Shown here in pieces: positions 18,372 through 28,728 of a stretch of DNA of 64,000 bases. The stretch's first letter is position 1. Each line of letters begins with the position of its first letter. The stretch lies in NCBI GenBank assembly GCA_965223045.1, contig CBDCVN010000013.1, forward strand, positions 4,167,840-4,231,839. Direction: 5' to 3'. Below the pieces are notes generated by a model. The model saw only the letters and a program-made list of their open reading frames with translations, searched no databases and was not told the DNA's origin. The position numbers and the translations under genes were made by a program. The stretch is from Trueperaceae bacterium. GTDB taxonomy: Bacteria > Deinococcota > Deinococci > Deinococcales > Trueperaceae.

Positions 18372-19850
18372 ATGAGAAAGTTTTTGTTACTTTTGCTCTT
18401 TTTATTCTTATTTGTTAAGGCACAAGATTTACAGGAATTTACCACTGAATTTCAACTAGATAATGGTTTAAGAGTTATTATGGTTAAGCAAGGCTTTGCT
18501 CCAGTTATTAGCTTTAACTTGATGTTTGATGTAGGTGGTATGGATGAGCCTGATGGTTTAGGTGGTTTGGCTCACATGGTTGAGCACATGGCTTTTAAAG
18601 GCACTCAGAGTATAGGCAGCAATGATTTAGAGGCTGAACTAGCAGCCCTTGAAAAAATTGAAGAACTAATTACTAGATTAGATCAAGTTGAAGAAGAGGA
18701 TGCAACTGAAGAAGAGCTAGAAGAGCTTAGGGAGCAAATTGCTGAAAGTCGGGAATATGCTAAAAGCTTAGCTTCTCCTAATGCCTTTGACACACTCTTC
18801 GATAGTAATGGTGCAGTAGGTTTAAATGCTACTACAGGATATGATCGTACATCTTTTGTGGTTTCTTTACCTGCTAATCGTTTGGAGTTTTATGCTCGAG
18901 TTTATGCTGATGTTTTGCTCGAGCCAGTCTTCCGTGGCTTTTATGAAGAGAGTGATGTAGTCCACGAAGAGCGCCGCCAACGTGAAGCAGATGACCCTCG
19001 TGGATTTTTATTTGAGCGCTTTTTAGGCACGGCTTTTGAGGTGCACCCCTACGGCAGACCACTTATTGGCTCTGATGAAGAAATAGATGGTTACCGCGCT
19101 AGTGAGGCTGAAGATTTTTTTGAACTTTATTACCATCCTAATCGCGCTGTACTAGTATTAGTGGGTGATGTTGAACCTGAACGGGACATTGAAATCATAG
19201 ATAATTATTTTGGAGCCGTGCCTAGAGGCCCAGAAGACCACATTAGTATTCCTAAAGAGCCAAAACAAATAGAAGAGCGTCGCTTAACACTTAATTATGA
19301 TGCTGAACCACAAATGGTAATAGGTTTTCACAAGCCTACTTATCCTGCTAGGGACGCTTATATATTAGATGTTATAGATGCTATTCTAACATCAGGACGT
19401 ACTTCTAGGCTTTATAAGAGTCTTGTTACAGAAGAGCAATTAGCTTTAAGCATAGTAACTGGTTCAGGCTTCCCAGCTATACGTGATCCCAATCAGTTTG
19501 TGATATATGCTTTGCCGCTTTTTCCCAACACAAATGAAGATCTTGAAGCTGCTATTTATGAGGAGCTCGAGCAACTAAAGACAGAACCTGTAAGCGAACG
19601 TGAGTTTATTAAGGTAAAAAATCAAGTGCGGGCTGGTTTTATACGTGGATTAGGATCGAGCAGTGGCCTTGCTTCCCAGTTGGCCTTTTATGAACTCTTT
19701 TTAGGTGGATGGGAAAATATTGTTAGTTATGCTGATATTATAGAAGGCATAACAACTGAAGAGATTATGGCTACTGCGAATCGTTATTTTGTGCCAGAGA
19801 ACCGTACTGTAGGGTACCTATTACCTTTAGAGGAAGTAGCTGAGGAATGA
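18372..19850 (+). CDS. M16 (pitrilysin/insulinase) family zinc peptidase, secreted
   Basis: HMVEHMAF (HxxEH) zinc motif, downstream VVHEERR glutamate, signal peptide. Confidence 0.9.
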   Translation: MRKFLLLLLFLFLFVKAQDLQEFTTEFQLDNGLRVIMVKQGFAPVISFNLMFDVGGMDEPDGLGGLAHMVEHMAFKGTQSIGSNDLEAELAALEKIEELITRLDQVEEEDATEEELEELREQIAESREYAKSLASPNAFDTLFDSNGAVGLNATTGYDRTSFVVSLPANRLEFYARVYADVLLEPVFRGFYEESDVVHEERRQREADDPRGFLFERFLGTAFEVHPYGRPLIGSDEEIDGYRASEAEDFFELYYHPNRAVLVLVGDVEPERDIEIIDNYFGAVPRGPEDHISIPKEPKQIEERRLTLNYDAEPQMVIGFHKPTYPARDAYILDVIDAILTSGRTSRLYKSLVTEEQLALSIVTGSGFPAIRDPNQFVIYALPLFPNTNEDLEAAIYEELEQLKTEPVSEREFIKVKNQVRAGFIRGLGSSSGLASQLAFYELFLGGWENIVSYADIIEGITTEEIMATANRYFVPENRTVGYLLPLEEVAEE

Positions 19851-21376
19851 ATAGACTAAAGGTAAAGGTTGTCTTATCTACTCAAAATATTGTTATCAAA
19901 AGGTTGTGCTTTATCTTGCTCACAACCTTTTTGTTTGCCACGGCTCAAAATTTACATGAGATTACCACAAAATTTGAGCTTGATAATGGCCTAAGGGTTA
20001 TCATGGTTAAGCAAGGCTTTGCTCCGGTGATTAGCTTTAACTTAATGTTTGATGTGGGTGGCATGGATGAGCCTGAAGGTTTAGGTGGTTTAGCTCATAT
20101 GGTTGAGCATATGGCTTTTCAAGGCACCCAGACTATAGGTAGCAATGACTTAGAGGCTGAACTTGCAGCCCTTAGAGAAGTTGAACTCTTTACAGCTATG
20201 CTAGCACAAACTGAAAAGAGTGGTGCTAGCAATGAAGAAGTTAAAGAACTTAGGGAAAGACTGATGCAAAGTCGTGAGTATGCTAAGGATTTGGGTTCTC
20301 CCAACGATTTTTCTACACTTTTTGATAGTAATGGGGCAGTAGACCTAAATGCCTTTACAGGGTATGACTACACTTCTTATGTGGTTTCTTTACCTGCTAA
20401 TCGACTAGAGCTTTATGCACGGGTTTATGCTGATGTTTTGCTCGAGCCAATCTTTCGCAACTTTTATGAAGAACGTGATGTGGTACGCGAGGAGCGACGT
20501 CAAAGTGATGAAGATGATCCTTGGGGCTTTTTGTCTGAAAGGTTTTTAGCAACTGCTTTTGAAGTTCATCCTTATGGTAGGCCACTTATTGGTTCTCCTG
20601 AAGAGATTAAAAATTATCGTAGCACTGAAGCAGAAGCCTTTTTTAAACTTTACTATCATCCTAACCGTGCTGTTTTAGTACTAGTTGGTGATGTTGAGCC
20701 TAATAGTGATATTGAAATAATAAAACGCTATTTTGGATTGATTCCTCGTGGCCCAGAAATCCGTGCTAAAATTCCAAAGGAGCCTGAACAGTTAGAAGAG
20801 CGGCGCATAACAGTTAATTACGATGCCAAGCCACAAATGGTAATAGGTTTTCACAAGCCTACTTACCCAGTCAGAGATGATGCTGTATTGGATGTTATAG
20901 ATGCCCTGCTAACTTATGGACGTACTTCTAGGTTGTACAAACGTCTTATTACTGAAGAGCAATTAGCCTTAGAGGTAGGGTCAACTGAGGTTTTTCCAGC
21001 CTTGCGTGATCCTAATCTGTTTATAATATATGCTACTCCACGTTCCCCAAACACAAATGAGGCTTTAGAAGCTGTTATTTATGAGGAATTAGAGAAATTA
21101 AAAGGGGAATTTGTAACTGAGAAGGAGCTTCATAAAGTAAAAAACCAAGTTAGGGCTGACTTTATATATAATTTGAGCTCGAGCGATGATCTTGCTTCTC
21201 AAATAGCTTTTTCCGAACTTTTCTTAGATGGTTGGGAAACTATTATAAATTACAATGCTGTTATTGAAGAAATAACAGCTGAAGAGATTATGACTATTGC
21301 AAATAATTATTTTGTAGCAGAAAATCGTACTGTAGGATATTTATTGCCTGTAGAAGAAATTGAGGAAACTCAATAA
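19847..21376 (+). CDS. M16 family zinc peptidase, tandem paralogue
   Basis: Same HMVEHMAF motif. Roughly three quarters identical to the upstream gene by eye. 4-nt ATGA overlap with it. Confidence 0.9.
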   Translation: MNRLKVKVVLSTQNIVIKRLCFILLTTFLFATAQNLHEITTKFELDNGLRVIMVKQGFAPVISFNLMFDVGGMDEPEGLGGLAHMVEHMAFQGTQTIGSNDLEAELAALREVELFTAMLAQTEKSGASNEEVKELRERLMQSREYAKDLGSPNDFSTLFDSNGAVDLNAFTGYDYTSYVVSLPANRLELYARVYADVLLEPIFRNFYEERDVVREERRQSDEDDPWGFLSERFLATAFEVHPYGRPLIGSPEEIKNYRSTEAEAFFKLYYHPNRAVLVLVGDVEPNSDIEIIKRYFGLIPRGPEIRAKIPKEPEQLEERRITVNYDAKPQMVIGFHKPTYPVRDDAVLDVIDALLTYGRTSRLYKRLITEEQLALEVGSTEVFPALRDPNLFIIYATPRSPNTNEALEAVIYEELEKLKGEFVTEKELHKVKNQVRADFIYNLSSSDDLASQIAFSELFLDGWETIINYNAVIEEITAEEIMTIANNYFVAENRTVGYLLPVEEIEETQ

Positions 21377-21434
21377 GATGTTATGATTAAGGTGGAGTGA
21401 TTCAGAGTAAGTCTCCATTATTTCCATTTCGAAA

Positions 21435-22301
21435 ATGGGTTTATTGCTCAGTTTAACAATTAGAGGAGTAGCTTTAATGCTCACTTGGAAACTACTTAAA
21501 AATTTTTCTTCAGATACTCTCCAAGAAACTCGCTTACAGCTTCATTGGGCAGTGCAATTAGTGGCAGCTGCTAATAGTGCTACTTTGCCTCCTAAAGATG
21601 ATTATAGTCATACTAGCCTTAATCTAATTGATGAGGATATTCTAGCAGGAGGTTTTGTTGGTGGTAACCAACCTTTTGCCACTGCTATACAAATAAGTAA
21701 CCTAACGCTTTTAAATCTTGATGAAACTGGAAGGCCTGTAAATGCTTATGAGTTAATTGGCCAGAAATTTAGTGACGCCCTTATATGGCTTACTTCCTCT
21801 TTGGGTGGGCTTGGCTCACAAGATGTTATCTTGGTAAAACCAACTTATGATATGCCTGAACACCTAGTTGCTAATGATAAAAAACCTTTTGAACCAAACC
21901 TTAATGCCCTTGCTTTGCTTTCAAGTTGGTATAGTAATGCTCATAAAGTTCTAAGCAAAATACAAGAAAGTGAGAGTTCTTCTCCAGTATTTTGTTGGCC
22001 ACACCACTTTGATATAGCTACTCTTATTGATTTAGGACAAGGAAAATCTGTAGGAGTGGGTTTAAGTCCGGGAGATGGTAGTTACAACGAACCTTACTGG
22101 TATGTTTCACCTTGGCCTTATCCCAAAGAAGGTAATCTTCCTAAATTACCTATAGGTCACTGGCATACTGAAGGGTTTACAGCTGGTGTTTTGAGTAGTT
22201 CAGAAGTTGTGCAAGCTAATGATGCTACAGAGCAAGAAAAAAGAGTTATGGGTTTTTTAGAAGCCACTGTCAACTCTTGTAAAACATTATTGGGAACTTA
22301 G
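21435..22301 (+). CDS. Hypothetical protein
   Basis: Long ORF with coding-like composition and no recognised motif. The start may be the internal Met (MLTWKLL). Confidence 0.5.
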   Translation: MGLLLSLTIRGVALMLTWKLLKNFSSDTLQETRLQLHWAVQLVAAANSATLPPKDDYSHTSLNLIDEDILAGGFVGGNQPFATAIQISNLTLLNLDETGRPVNAYELIGQKFSDALIWLTSSLGGLGSQDVILVKPTYDMPEHLVANDKKPFEPNLNALALLSSWYSNAHKVLSKIQESESSSPVFCWPHHFDIATLIDLGQGKSVGVGLSPGDGSYNEPYWYVSPWPYPKEGNLPKLPIGHWHTEGFTAGVLSSSEVVQANDATEQEKRVMGFLEATVNSCKTLLGT

Positions 22302-22309
22302 AAAGAGGG

Positions 22310-22393
22310 ATGTCATTCTAAGCGAAGCAAGCAATCTCAAGTGCGTTACTCTGCCTGAGATTCTTTGTCACTAAAACTCCATCAGAATGACAT
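22310..22393. repeat. Nested-hairpin intergenic element between convergent genes
   Basis: Outer arms ATGTCATTCT (22310-22319) / AGAATGACAT (22384-22393). Inner arms AATCTCA / TGAGATT. Partial GTCATTCTGA(A/G)G motifs recur at 26718 and 31238. Confidence 0.5.
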
Positions 22394-22414
22394 GTTTACC
22401 TTTGTCTAAACCTC

Positions 22415-22912
22415 TTATAAATTTTCTACTAACTCTTTGACAATTCTACCCCCAATATTTTCCCCACCAGCACACCATATGCCACGCTCATTCTTTATTA
22501 AACCTGAAAACATTTCATAGTTTTTTAAACTCTCAAAGTTTTCAAATTCTAGATCGGTCAAGAGTCCTAATTCATCTAATAAGGATATTCCCCTAGAAAG
22601 CCCTATCATATATTTGAGTTGTCCAAGCTTTATCTTTAAATAGTTCATAATGACCTTGTCATGACGGGCAAAGTTTGAATTACCACCAACTATGATTATT
22701 ACTTCGGGTTCTGGAGCACTCATAAACCCCCAATGAGGTGAAATTATGACATCAGCTTGAGTTTCTACGGCATTGCGTGATTTTGCAAGAGTATAAGTAT
22801 TGAGCTTAAGCCCTTTAGTGTGCTCACTCCTTCTAAGATTACTATAGACACTCATAAACTCGAGTTCATCTACCTGATGGTAGAGTAAACAGGCAATGTT
22901 TATTACTTGCAT
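22415..22912 (-). CDS. Possible DJ-1/PfpI-like (class I glutamine amidotransferase-like fold) protein
   Basis: Rossmann-like beta-strand IIIVGGNS and the overall length. The nucleophile-elbow cysteine seems to be replaced (GLSRG). Weak call. Confidence 0.35.
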   Translation of the reverse strand: MQVINIACLLYHQVDELEFMSVYSNLRRSEHTKGLKLNTYTLAKSRNAVETQADVIISPHWGFMSAPEPEVIIIVGGNSNFARHDKVIMNYLKIKLGQLKYMIGLSRGISLLDELGLLTDLEFENFESLKNYEMFSGLIKNERGIWCAGGENIGGRIVKELVENL

Positions 22913-23098
22913 TAGAATACCACCACAGTCATTAAAAACACGCTAGCTTTTAAAGCTTTGTTAAGCTGCATAAGGCTACTATACTACTATACCAATCCTT
23001 CTGAACATAATTTAGAACGCAAGCCCATAAACCCTAAGTGCTTTAGCCTTGGGAGCAGTCACTTATTATTCCTTAACAATGTTATTCTAGTAAACATT

Positions 23099-23752
23099 AT
23101 GATTTATCCCATTCGCACTTATGGTGACCCTATATTAAGACAAAAAGCCCAGCTAGTAACTAGGTTTAATGAATCTTTAAAAGAACTAGCTAACAATATG
23201 ATTGAAACTATGTACGATGCTAATGGTGTAGGTTTGGCTGCACCTCAAATTGGCTTGTCAGCTAGACTTTTTGTTGGGCTAGAATTAGATCTAAGTGAAG
23301 AAAGAGAAGAAAAGAAATATTCTGAAGAAGAGTATAAACTCTTAAGTATAGAAGAGAAAAAAGAACTTTGGAGGGTTGTTGATGAACACATAATGGTAAA
23401 TCCTGAAATATTAGAGCGTGAGGGAATTCAATATGGGCCAGATGGTTGTCTTAGTTTGCCAGGACTTCAAGTGGAAAAGATTCAGCGTGATAACAGAGTT
23501 AAGGTACGCTACCAAGATTTAGAAGGTAACTGGCACGAGGAAAACCTAGAGGGTCATTTTTCTCATGTTGTTCAACACGAGCATGATCATTTAGAAGGGG
23601 TACTTTACATTGACAGGTTACCTGAAGAAGAAAGAAAGTCCTTTATAAATGAATATAGGCAAGAACTAGCTGAGATGCAGCGAAATGCTAAAGTATTTTT
23701 AAAGCGGCTTAAGCGTGCACCAGAAATGATAATAGTACCCCAATTAGCATAA
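23099..23752 (+). CDS. def: Peptide deformylase (long form with internal insertion)
   Basis: Motifs GVGLAAPQIG, DGCLSLPG and QHEHDHLEG. Start chosen at internal ATG 23099 (MIYPIRTYGDPILR), since the upstream 47 codons look non-coding. Confidence 0.9.
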   Translation: MIYPIRTYGDPILRQKAQLVTRFNESLKELANNMIETMYDANGVGLAAPQIGLSARLFVGLELDLSEEREEKKYSEEEYKLLSIEEKKELWRVVDEHIMVNPEILEREGIQYGPDGCLSLPGLQVEKIQRDNRVKVRYQDLEGNWHEENLEGHFSHVVQHEHDHLEGVLYIDRLPEEERKSFINEYRQELAEMQRNAKVFLKRLKRAPEMIIVPQLA

Positions 23753-23754
23753 GT

Positions 23755-24681
23755 ATGTTACGTTTAGCCTTCTTTGGCTCCCCTACATTTGCGTTGCCTA
23801 CACTGGATAAACTTTACGAAAAGCACGAGCTAGTTTTAGTAGTAACACAGCCAGATAAACCTGCTGGGCGGGGCCATAAGCTTACTTCTCCACCTATAGC
23901 ACTTAGAGCAAAGGAGCTAGGTATAAAGTTTAAGCAACCTAGTAAGCTTAAAAAGGATTTGCATTTTGCCAAACTTCTGGAGAGTCTCAAGCTAGATGTT
24001 GCTATTACTGCAGCTTATGGCAAGTTTTTACCAAAGCAGTTAATTGATATCCCTAAGTATGGTTTTCTAAATATTCATGCTAGCTTACTACCCAAATATC
24101 GTGGAGCCGCACCTATTCAGTGGGCACTTATCAATGGTGAAACTGAGACTGGCATTACCATTATGCAAACCGATATTGGTATGGACACAGGTGACATTCT
24201 TTTAGTCGAGAAAATACCGATAGCTTTTGAGGATAATGCCCTTACCCTTTTTGAAAGGCTTGCTGAGTTAGGGGCAGAGACATTACTTAAGGCTTTAGAA
24301 AAGCTCGAGGTTGGTCAGTTACCTTCTAAAAATCAAAATGATACAGAGGCAAGCCATGCTCCGCTACTAACTAAAGAAGATGGTCGTATACGCTGGAATG
24401 AAAGTGCTACAAGTATTTATGATCGCTATCGTGGTGTCTATGCTTGGCCGGGAAGTTTTACAACTTTTAAGGGTAAACCACTTAAAATTAACGAGCTTTT
24501 ACCAGTAATAGGGGAGGGCAAAGCAGGTTTTATTACTAACATTGATTCTAATGGTGTTACTGTTGCTGCAGGCGAGGGGGCTATATTGCTTAAGACCGTT
24601 CAGCCTAGTGGTAAAAAAGCTATATCAGCAAGAGATTGGGTTAATGGCTATAAGGTAGAGGTTGGGCAAGCTTTTTCTTAA
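23755..24681 (+). CDS. fmt: Methionyl-tRNA formyltransferase
   Basis: Immediately follows def. Contains the HASLLPKYRGAAPI motif. Confidence 0.95.
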   Translation: MLRLAFFGSPTFALPTLDKLYEKHELVLVVTQPDKPAGRGHKLTSPPIALRAKELGIKFKQPSKLKKDLHFAKLLESLKLDVAITAAYGKFLPKQLIDIPKYGFLNIHASLLPKYRGAAPIQWALINGETETGITIMQTDIGMDTGDILLVEKIPIAFEDNALTLFERLAELGAETLLKALEKLEVGQLPSKNQNDTEASHAPLLTKEDGRIRWNESATSIYDRYRGVYAWPGSFTTFKGKPLKINELLPVIGEGKAGFITNIDSNGVTVAAGEGAILLKTVQPSGKKAISARDWVNGYKVEVGQAFS

Positions 24682-24694
24682 AAGGACATTATAG

Positions 24695-26622
24695 ATGAGA
24701 AAGTTACAGCAAAATATTATCTTTGTTTTACTGCTATTTATGGGTACACTACTTTCACAAGCACAAGATGCTAAAGCACTTACTGAAGCTGTTCAAACTC
24801 TTCTTCAGCTTAGTAGCTTTGTTGAAGCAAATGTAGAATTTTGCAATGAGGAAGCATCTGAGGTAGCAGTAAGTGTGCAAGATGCTGCCAAGATGTGGCG
24901 TATGAATAGCAAGCTTGAGCTTTTAGATGCTATTCGTGACTTTTCTATTGATGGGAATAGTGCCTTTACTGATATGGAGTCAATTCTTTTTCAAGAAAGC
25001 TTGCAAGACCTTAAATCCCGTGCTGGTTCAAGGGCACTTGAGTGGTGTCAACACTTCCCAACACTGTTACAACAACCTGAATGGAATATACCCATACACT
25101 ACTCTAATGAAATTGCCTTACTAAGCAACCTAAATGAAATGATGGCGGGACAGCAGAGCACAGAAGGCCTTACTACTTTAACCAAACAGACATTGCAACC
25201 TGTAGTAAGCCCAAGCTATAGCCAAGTTATGGCACAAAACATTAACCTTGAAGAGCAATTTATTCAAGATGAATTCCGCTGCTATGAGGAGCGTGAGGGA
25301 AGTAATTATGACACTGCTGATATGGTTGTACAGATTCTAGCAGGGGGACAGTATCGTAGTTCCTATGGTAATGGTAGATATAGCATTGACCTCGAAGAGG
25401 AAGAAATTGTTTGGCAAAGTGGGCCATTGGTAGAGGCTGTTACTGGTTGGATAAGATTTAGTGATTATGGTCAGGAATTTCCCTTGCGTAGGGTTGAACT
25501 AGATGAACGCCGTGACTTTAATTGCTACCAGCAAGGAGCCAGTGAGCAACATGCATTAACCAAGTTTCGCCTGAAAGATCCACAAGTGGGCAGTTATAAC
25601 TGCCATAATGCTGAGGGCAACGAATTAGGCGCACTCGAGCTTTCAGGTAGCCATTACAGCATCAATGGACAAAGAGGCACCTACCAAGTTGATCTGCGTG
25701 GCTATGACAATGACCGCTCTCGAATCAACTGGATATCAGGCCCCTTAAAAGAACAACGTACATTCTATGAAGAAGAAGTGGGAACAGGCTATCGTGAACT
25801 TAGCCTTAGTATTTCTGATACCTCAGTGGTTGCTAATTTTTTTACTGGAGGTGTGTTTGCAGGTGGCTCTAGCAGCTTAGAAGCAGTTTGCTCTAGCATT
25901 GGTGAGGCTGTTCACTTTCAAAAATATGGTAGTGAAGCTGCACCGCCCCCACCCGAAAAAGCTGGAAGTTTGTCAGGTTTCTTTGTTGCCCATGATCCGG
26001 ATTTTAAATTTATGGGTAAAGGGCCATCAGATTACGCTTTTTACACATTTTTCCCTAATGGCTATGTTTATACCAAAGAACCTGAGGCTGAACCTGCTGA
26101 GGTTGATTGCACGCGTACTAAACCAAATGGTGCACCACTTTACTTTGTGAAGTCTACATTATTCATGGCAATACCATTACCATTGGTGCTGAAGAAGCAA
26201 CAGCTTTTTCTCAGCAAGAAAATAAGCTGATAATTGATGAAAAAGAGTTATTACCTGTACCGTCAGGAATTACTAGTTTAAGTGGTAAGTTCTGGGCCAA
26301 TGCAGGTGAAACAGTTGGAGTTTGTGGCCCTTATTCTTATTGCTCGAGTTGGTATAAGGAAAAAGTCTTCACCTTTACCCCCGATGGTCATTTTCTTGAT
26401 GAAAGTAGTAGTAAGAGTCTTGCCTCACTAGATTCAGCACTGGGCTCTTCTCATGCTTCTTCTTCTGGCAATGAAGAAAATGGCGGGACATACCAAATTA
26501 AGGGTAATATTATAGAACTTCGCTATAACAATGGGCGTGTAGAGCGGCAGTTTGTCACAGTATTTGATTCTGAAAGGTTTCATATGGGAGGTTGGAGCTT
26601 TTCACCAAAGGAAAATGACTGA
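24695..26622 (+). pseudogene. Secreted hypothetical protein, apparently frameshifted near 26122-26150
   Basis: The 24695-26230 ORF ends in a non-protein-like tail. Another frame is open from 26122 to the TGA at 26620-26622 with protein-like sequence (CEVYIIHGNTITIG...GGWSFSPKEND) but no ATG/GTG/TTG start. Confidence 0.6.
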
Positions 26623-26685
26623 AAGTCATTTTTATTTGTAATTTTTTCCTTATATTTATAGATCAAGTATAGTGTTCCAGAATGG

Positions 26686-26705
26686 GATTTTCTCTAGAGA
26701 AAATC
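26686..26705. terminator. 20-bp perfect palindrome downstream of the frameshifted gene
   Basis: GATTTTCTCTAGAGAAAATC. No clear T-run follows, so terminator function is uncertain. Confidence 0.3.
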
Positions 26706-27126
26706 TTATCTATAAGCATGTCATTCTGAAGTTTATTTATAAATACTATAGCTAGACCTCTCCCTCACGCCAATAATCCTGTTTTAGGGGTACATCGTTC
26801 TGTCTACATTTCTATAGCTTCAAGTAGGTCATATGCTCTTTGCTGTTGCTTATTCGCTATAGTGTCTACTTTTACTAAATTTGCATCCTCCTCTCCTTTG
26901 TAATTGCAAGTATTTCTTACTATGCTACTTAGATCCGATAGTAATGTCTGAAAACTGTGAACTTTACTACCATCTTCTAATTTTTTAGTCTTTGTTTTTG
27001 CTAATGCCTTCTTTGACCTTGCCGCTCTTTTCACGGGGTTACTTTCCTCTTTTTTACCTTTTTCTTCATCAGCAAATAATATTGACCTCCATGCCTCCAT
27101 CATATGCCACTTCACGTTGTAAGCTA

Positions 27127-27382
27127 GGGCGTGTGGACACCTAGAGTGTGAAATCAAAAACGCTACTCTTAAATACCTTGGATAATCCTGATGCTGACGC
27201 ATAAGCTCCTCTGCAATCTGGTAAAGATTATGTGGTTAACAACTAAAGCTTCTCGCAAATATAGGCTATCCTGCAATTTTTTTTGGAATTCACATTTTCT
27301 AACAGATAGCTGTCCTGAGACTGGCTAGTTTGGTTTTGATATCTAATGCGTGCAATTTCTGATTTGTCATATCCACATGCCC
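27127..27382 (+). mobile_element. 256-bp MITE, copy B (inside the IS1634-family transposase gene)
   Basis: Same terminal inverted repeats and TA flanks as copy A. Shares three diagnostic substitutions with copy E. Confidence 0.85.
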
Positions 27383-27727
27383 TAGCATGCACAAGAATAT
27401 GTGTCCCCTTACTCGTTGCTCCATATGGTGATATATTGGTCTTAATTCCAAATCTACACTTTTTATTGACCTAAATCCCTGTTCTACATCACTTAATCCT
27501 TTGTAATTCCTGATTACTTCTTTTGTATCCACTTTCTCCTTTGTTAGACTTGTTCTTATTACATATATCCCATCTAACTCGCTTTCCTTCTTTACTTTCT
27601 CTTCGTCTATCTCAAAATTTAGCCTTGCTGGTGTTATCTTTAACTTAATGTGCTTTGCTACTTTATATTTGTTGACTACTCTTCCTACTCGCACTCCTAT
27701 TTCCCCTTTCCCTCTTACACTTCCTTA

Positions 27728-28728
27728 GAGTTGTTCGGAAATAGCCAAATCAGCTAAAATAGTAGCTAGTATGGTAGTTTTCAAAACCAGAAGTGACAGA
27801 CAAGTAAGAGCCTTGACAGGTTTGCCTGAAGAAAAGATAAATGAGTTAGAGACAGTGTTTGAAGAGGTATATGAGGAGCAAAGTCAAAAAGACTATGAAG
27901 AACAACAAGCTAAAGGGGAAAGAGAACGATCTAGGGGAGGAGGAAGAAAAAGTAAACTTCCTTCTACTAAACACAAACTCGAATTTATTCTCTACTACCT
28001 GAAAAGTTATCCTACAATGGATGAATTAGCAGAGAAGTTTGATATGTCTCGTTCCAGTGCACACTATTGGGTACATAAGCTGCTGCCAATTCTCTCAGCA
28101 GCCTTGGCAAAATTAGGTATGTTGCCTAAGAGAGAGTTCAATACACCTGAGGAGTTAAAAGAAGCGCTTGAAGAAGCAAGAAAAATACTGATTGATGCTA
28201 CAGAAAGGAAACATAGACGCCCTAGTGAAGAAGAAAAGCAGGAGGAGCTATATAGTGGAAAAAAGAAGGGTCACACGGTAAAAAACACAATAATAGCAAC
28301 AGGAAGAAAGGTAATAATCTATGTAGGAAGGACATTTGCTGGGCGGAGACATGACTATGGGATGTTTAAGGAGGAGTTTCCACCTAAACAAGGCTGGCTG
28401 AAAGAGGAGGGAAAAAGAGCAAATCTAGACTCAGGTTATCAAGGTATAAACAAGGATTATGGGATAGGAGCAGCGATACCAAAGAAAAAGCCAAGGAAGA
28501 GTAAAAAGAATCCTAATCCAGAGCTAACAGAAGCAGAGAAGGAGAGGAATAAAAGGCTGGGCAAAGCAAGGATATATGTAGAACATGCCATAGGAGGTAT
28601 GAAACGCTTTAATATACTAGTGCATGCCTTTCGGAATCGCAAGACAGGTTTTGTAGATAGCGTTATAGCTGTCTGTGGGGGGCTTTGGAATTTTTTGATT
28701 GTTTAAACTATTTATTTCCGAACAACTC
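27728..28728 (+). mobile_element. IS with a DDE_Tnp_4 (Harbinger/IS5-like) transposase, nested in the IS1634-like element
   Basis: Terminal inverted repeats GAGTTGTTCGGAAATA at 27728 and its complement ending at 28728. Confidence 0.7.
27771..28706 (+). CDS. DDE_Tnp_4-type transposase
   Basis: N-terminal HTH region, then YSGKKKGHTVKN...AGRRHD...DSGYQG, which looks like a typical DDE_Tnp_4 layout. Confidence 0.75.
   Translation: MVVFKTRSDRQVRALTGLPEEKINELETVFEEVYEEQSQKDYEEQQAKGERERSRGGGRKSKLPSTKHKLEFILYYLKSYPTMDELAEKFDMSRSSAHYWVHKLLPILSAALAKLGMLPKREFNTPEELKEALEEARKILIDATERKHRRPSEEEKQEELYSGKKKGHTVKNTIIATGRKVIIYVGRTFAGRRHDYGMFKEEFPPKQGWLKEEGKRANLDSGYQGINKDYGIGAAIPKKKPRKSKKNPNPELTEAEKERNKRLGKARIYVEHAIGGMKRFNILVHAFRNRKTGFVDSVIAVCGGLWNFLIV

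Noticed and set aside
26804-27202. ORFs starting MRQHQDYPRYLRVAFLISHSRCPHAL (also 48484-48792), and ORF tails …GHVDMTNQKLHALDIKTKLASLRTAIC (27299-27694, 34317-34511), looked like a conserved small protein family.
   Set aside because: The shared peptide is encoded by the 256-bp MITE read in two directions. It fuses to unrelated flanking sequence in each copy.
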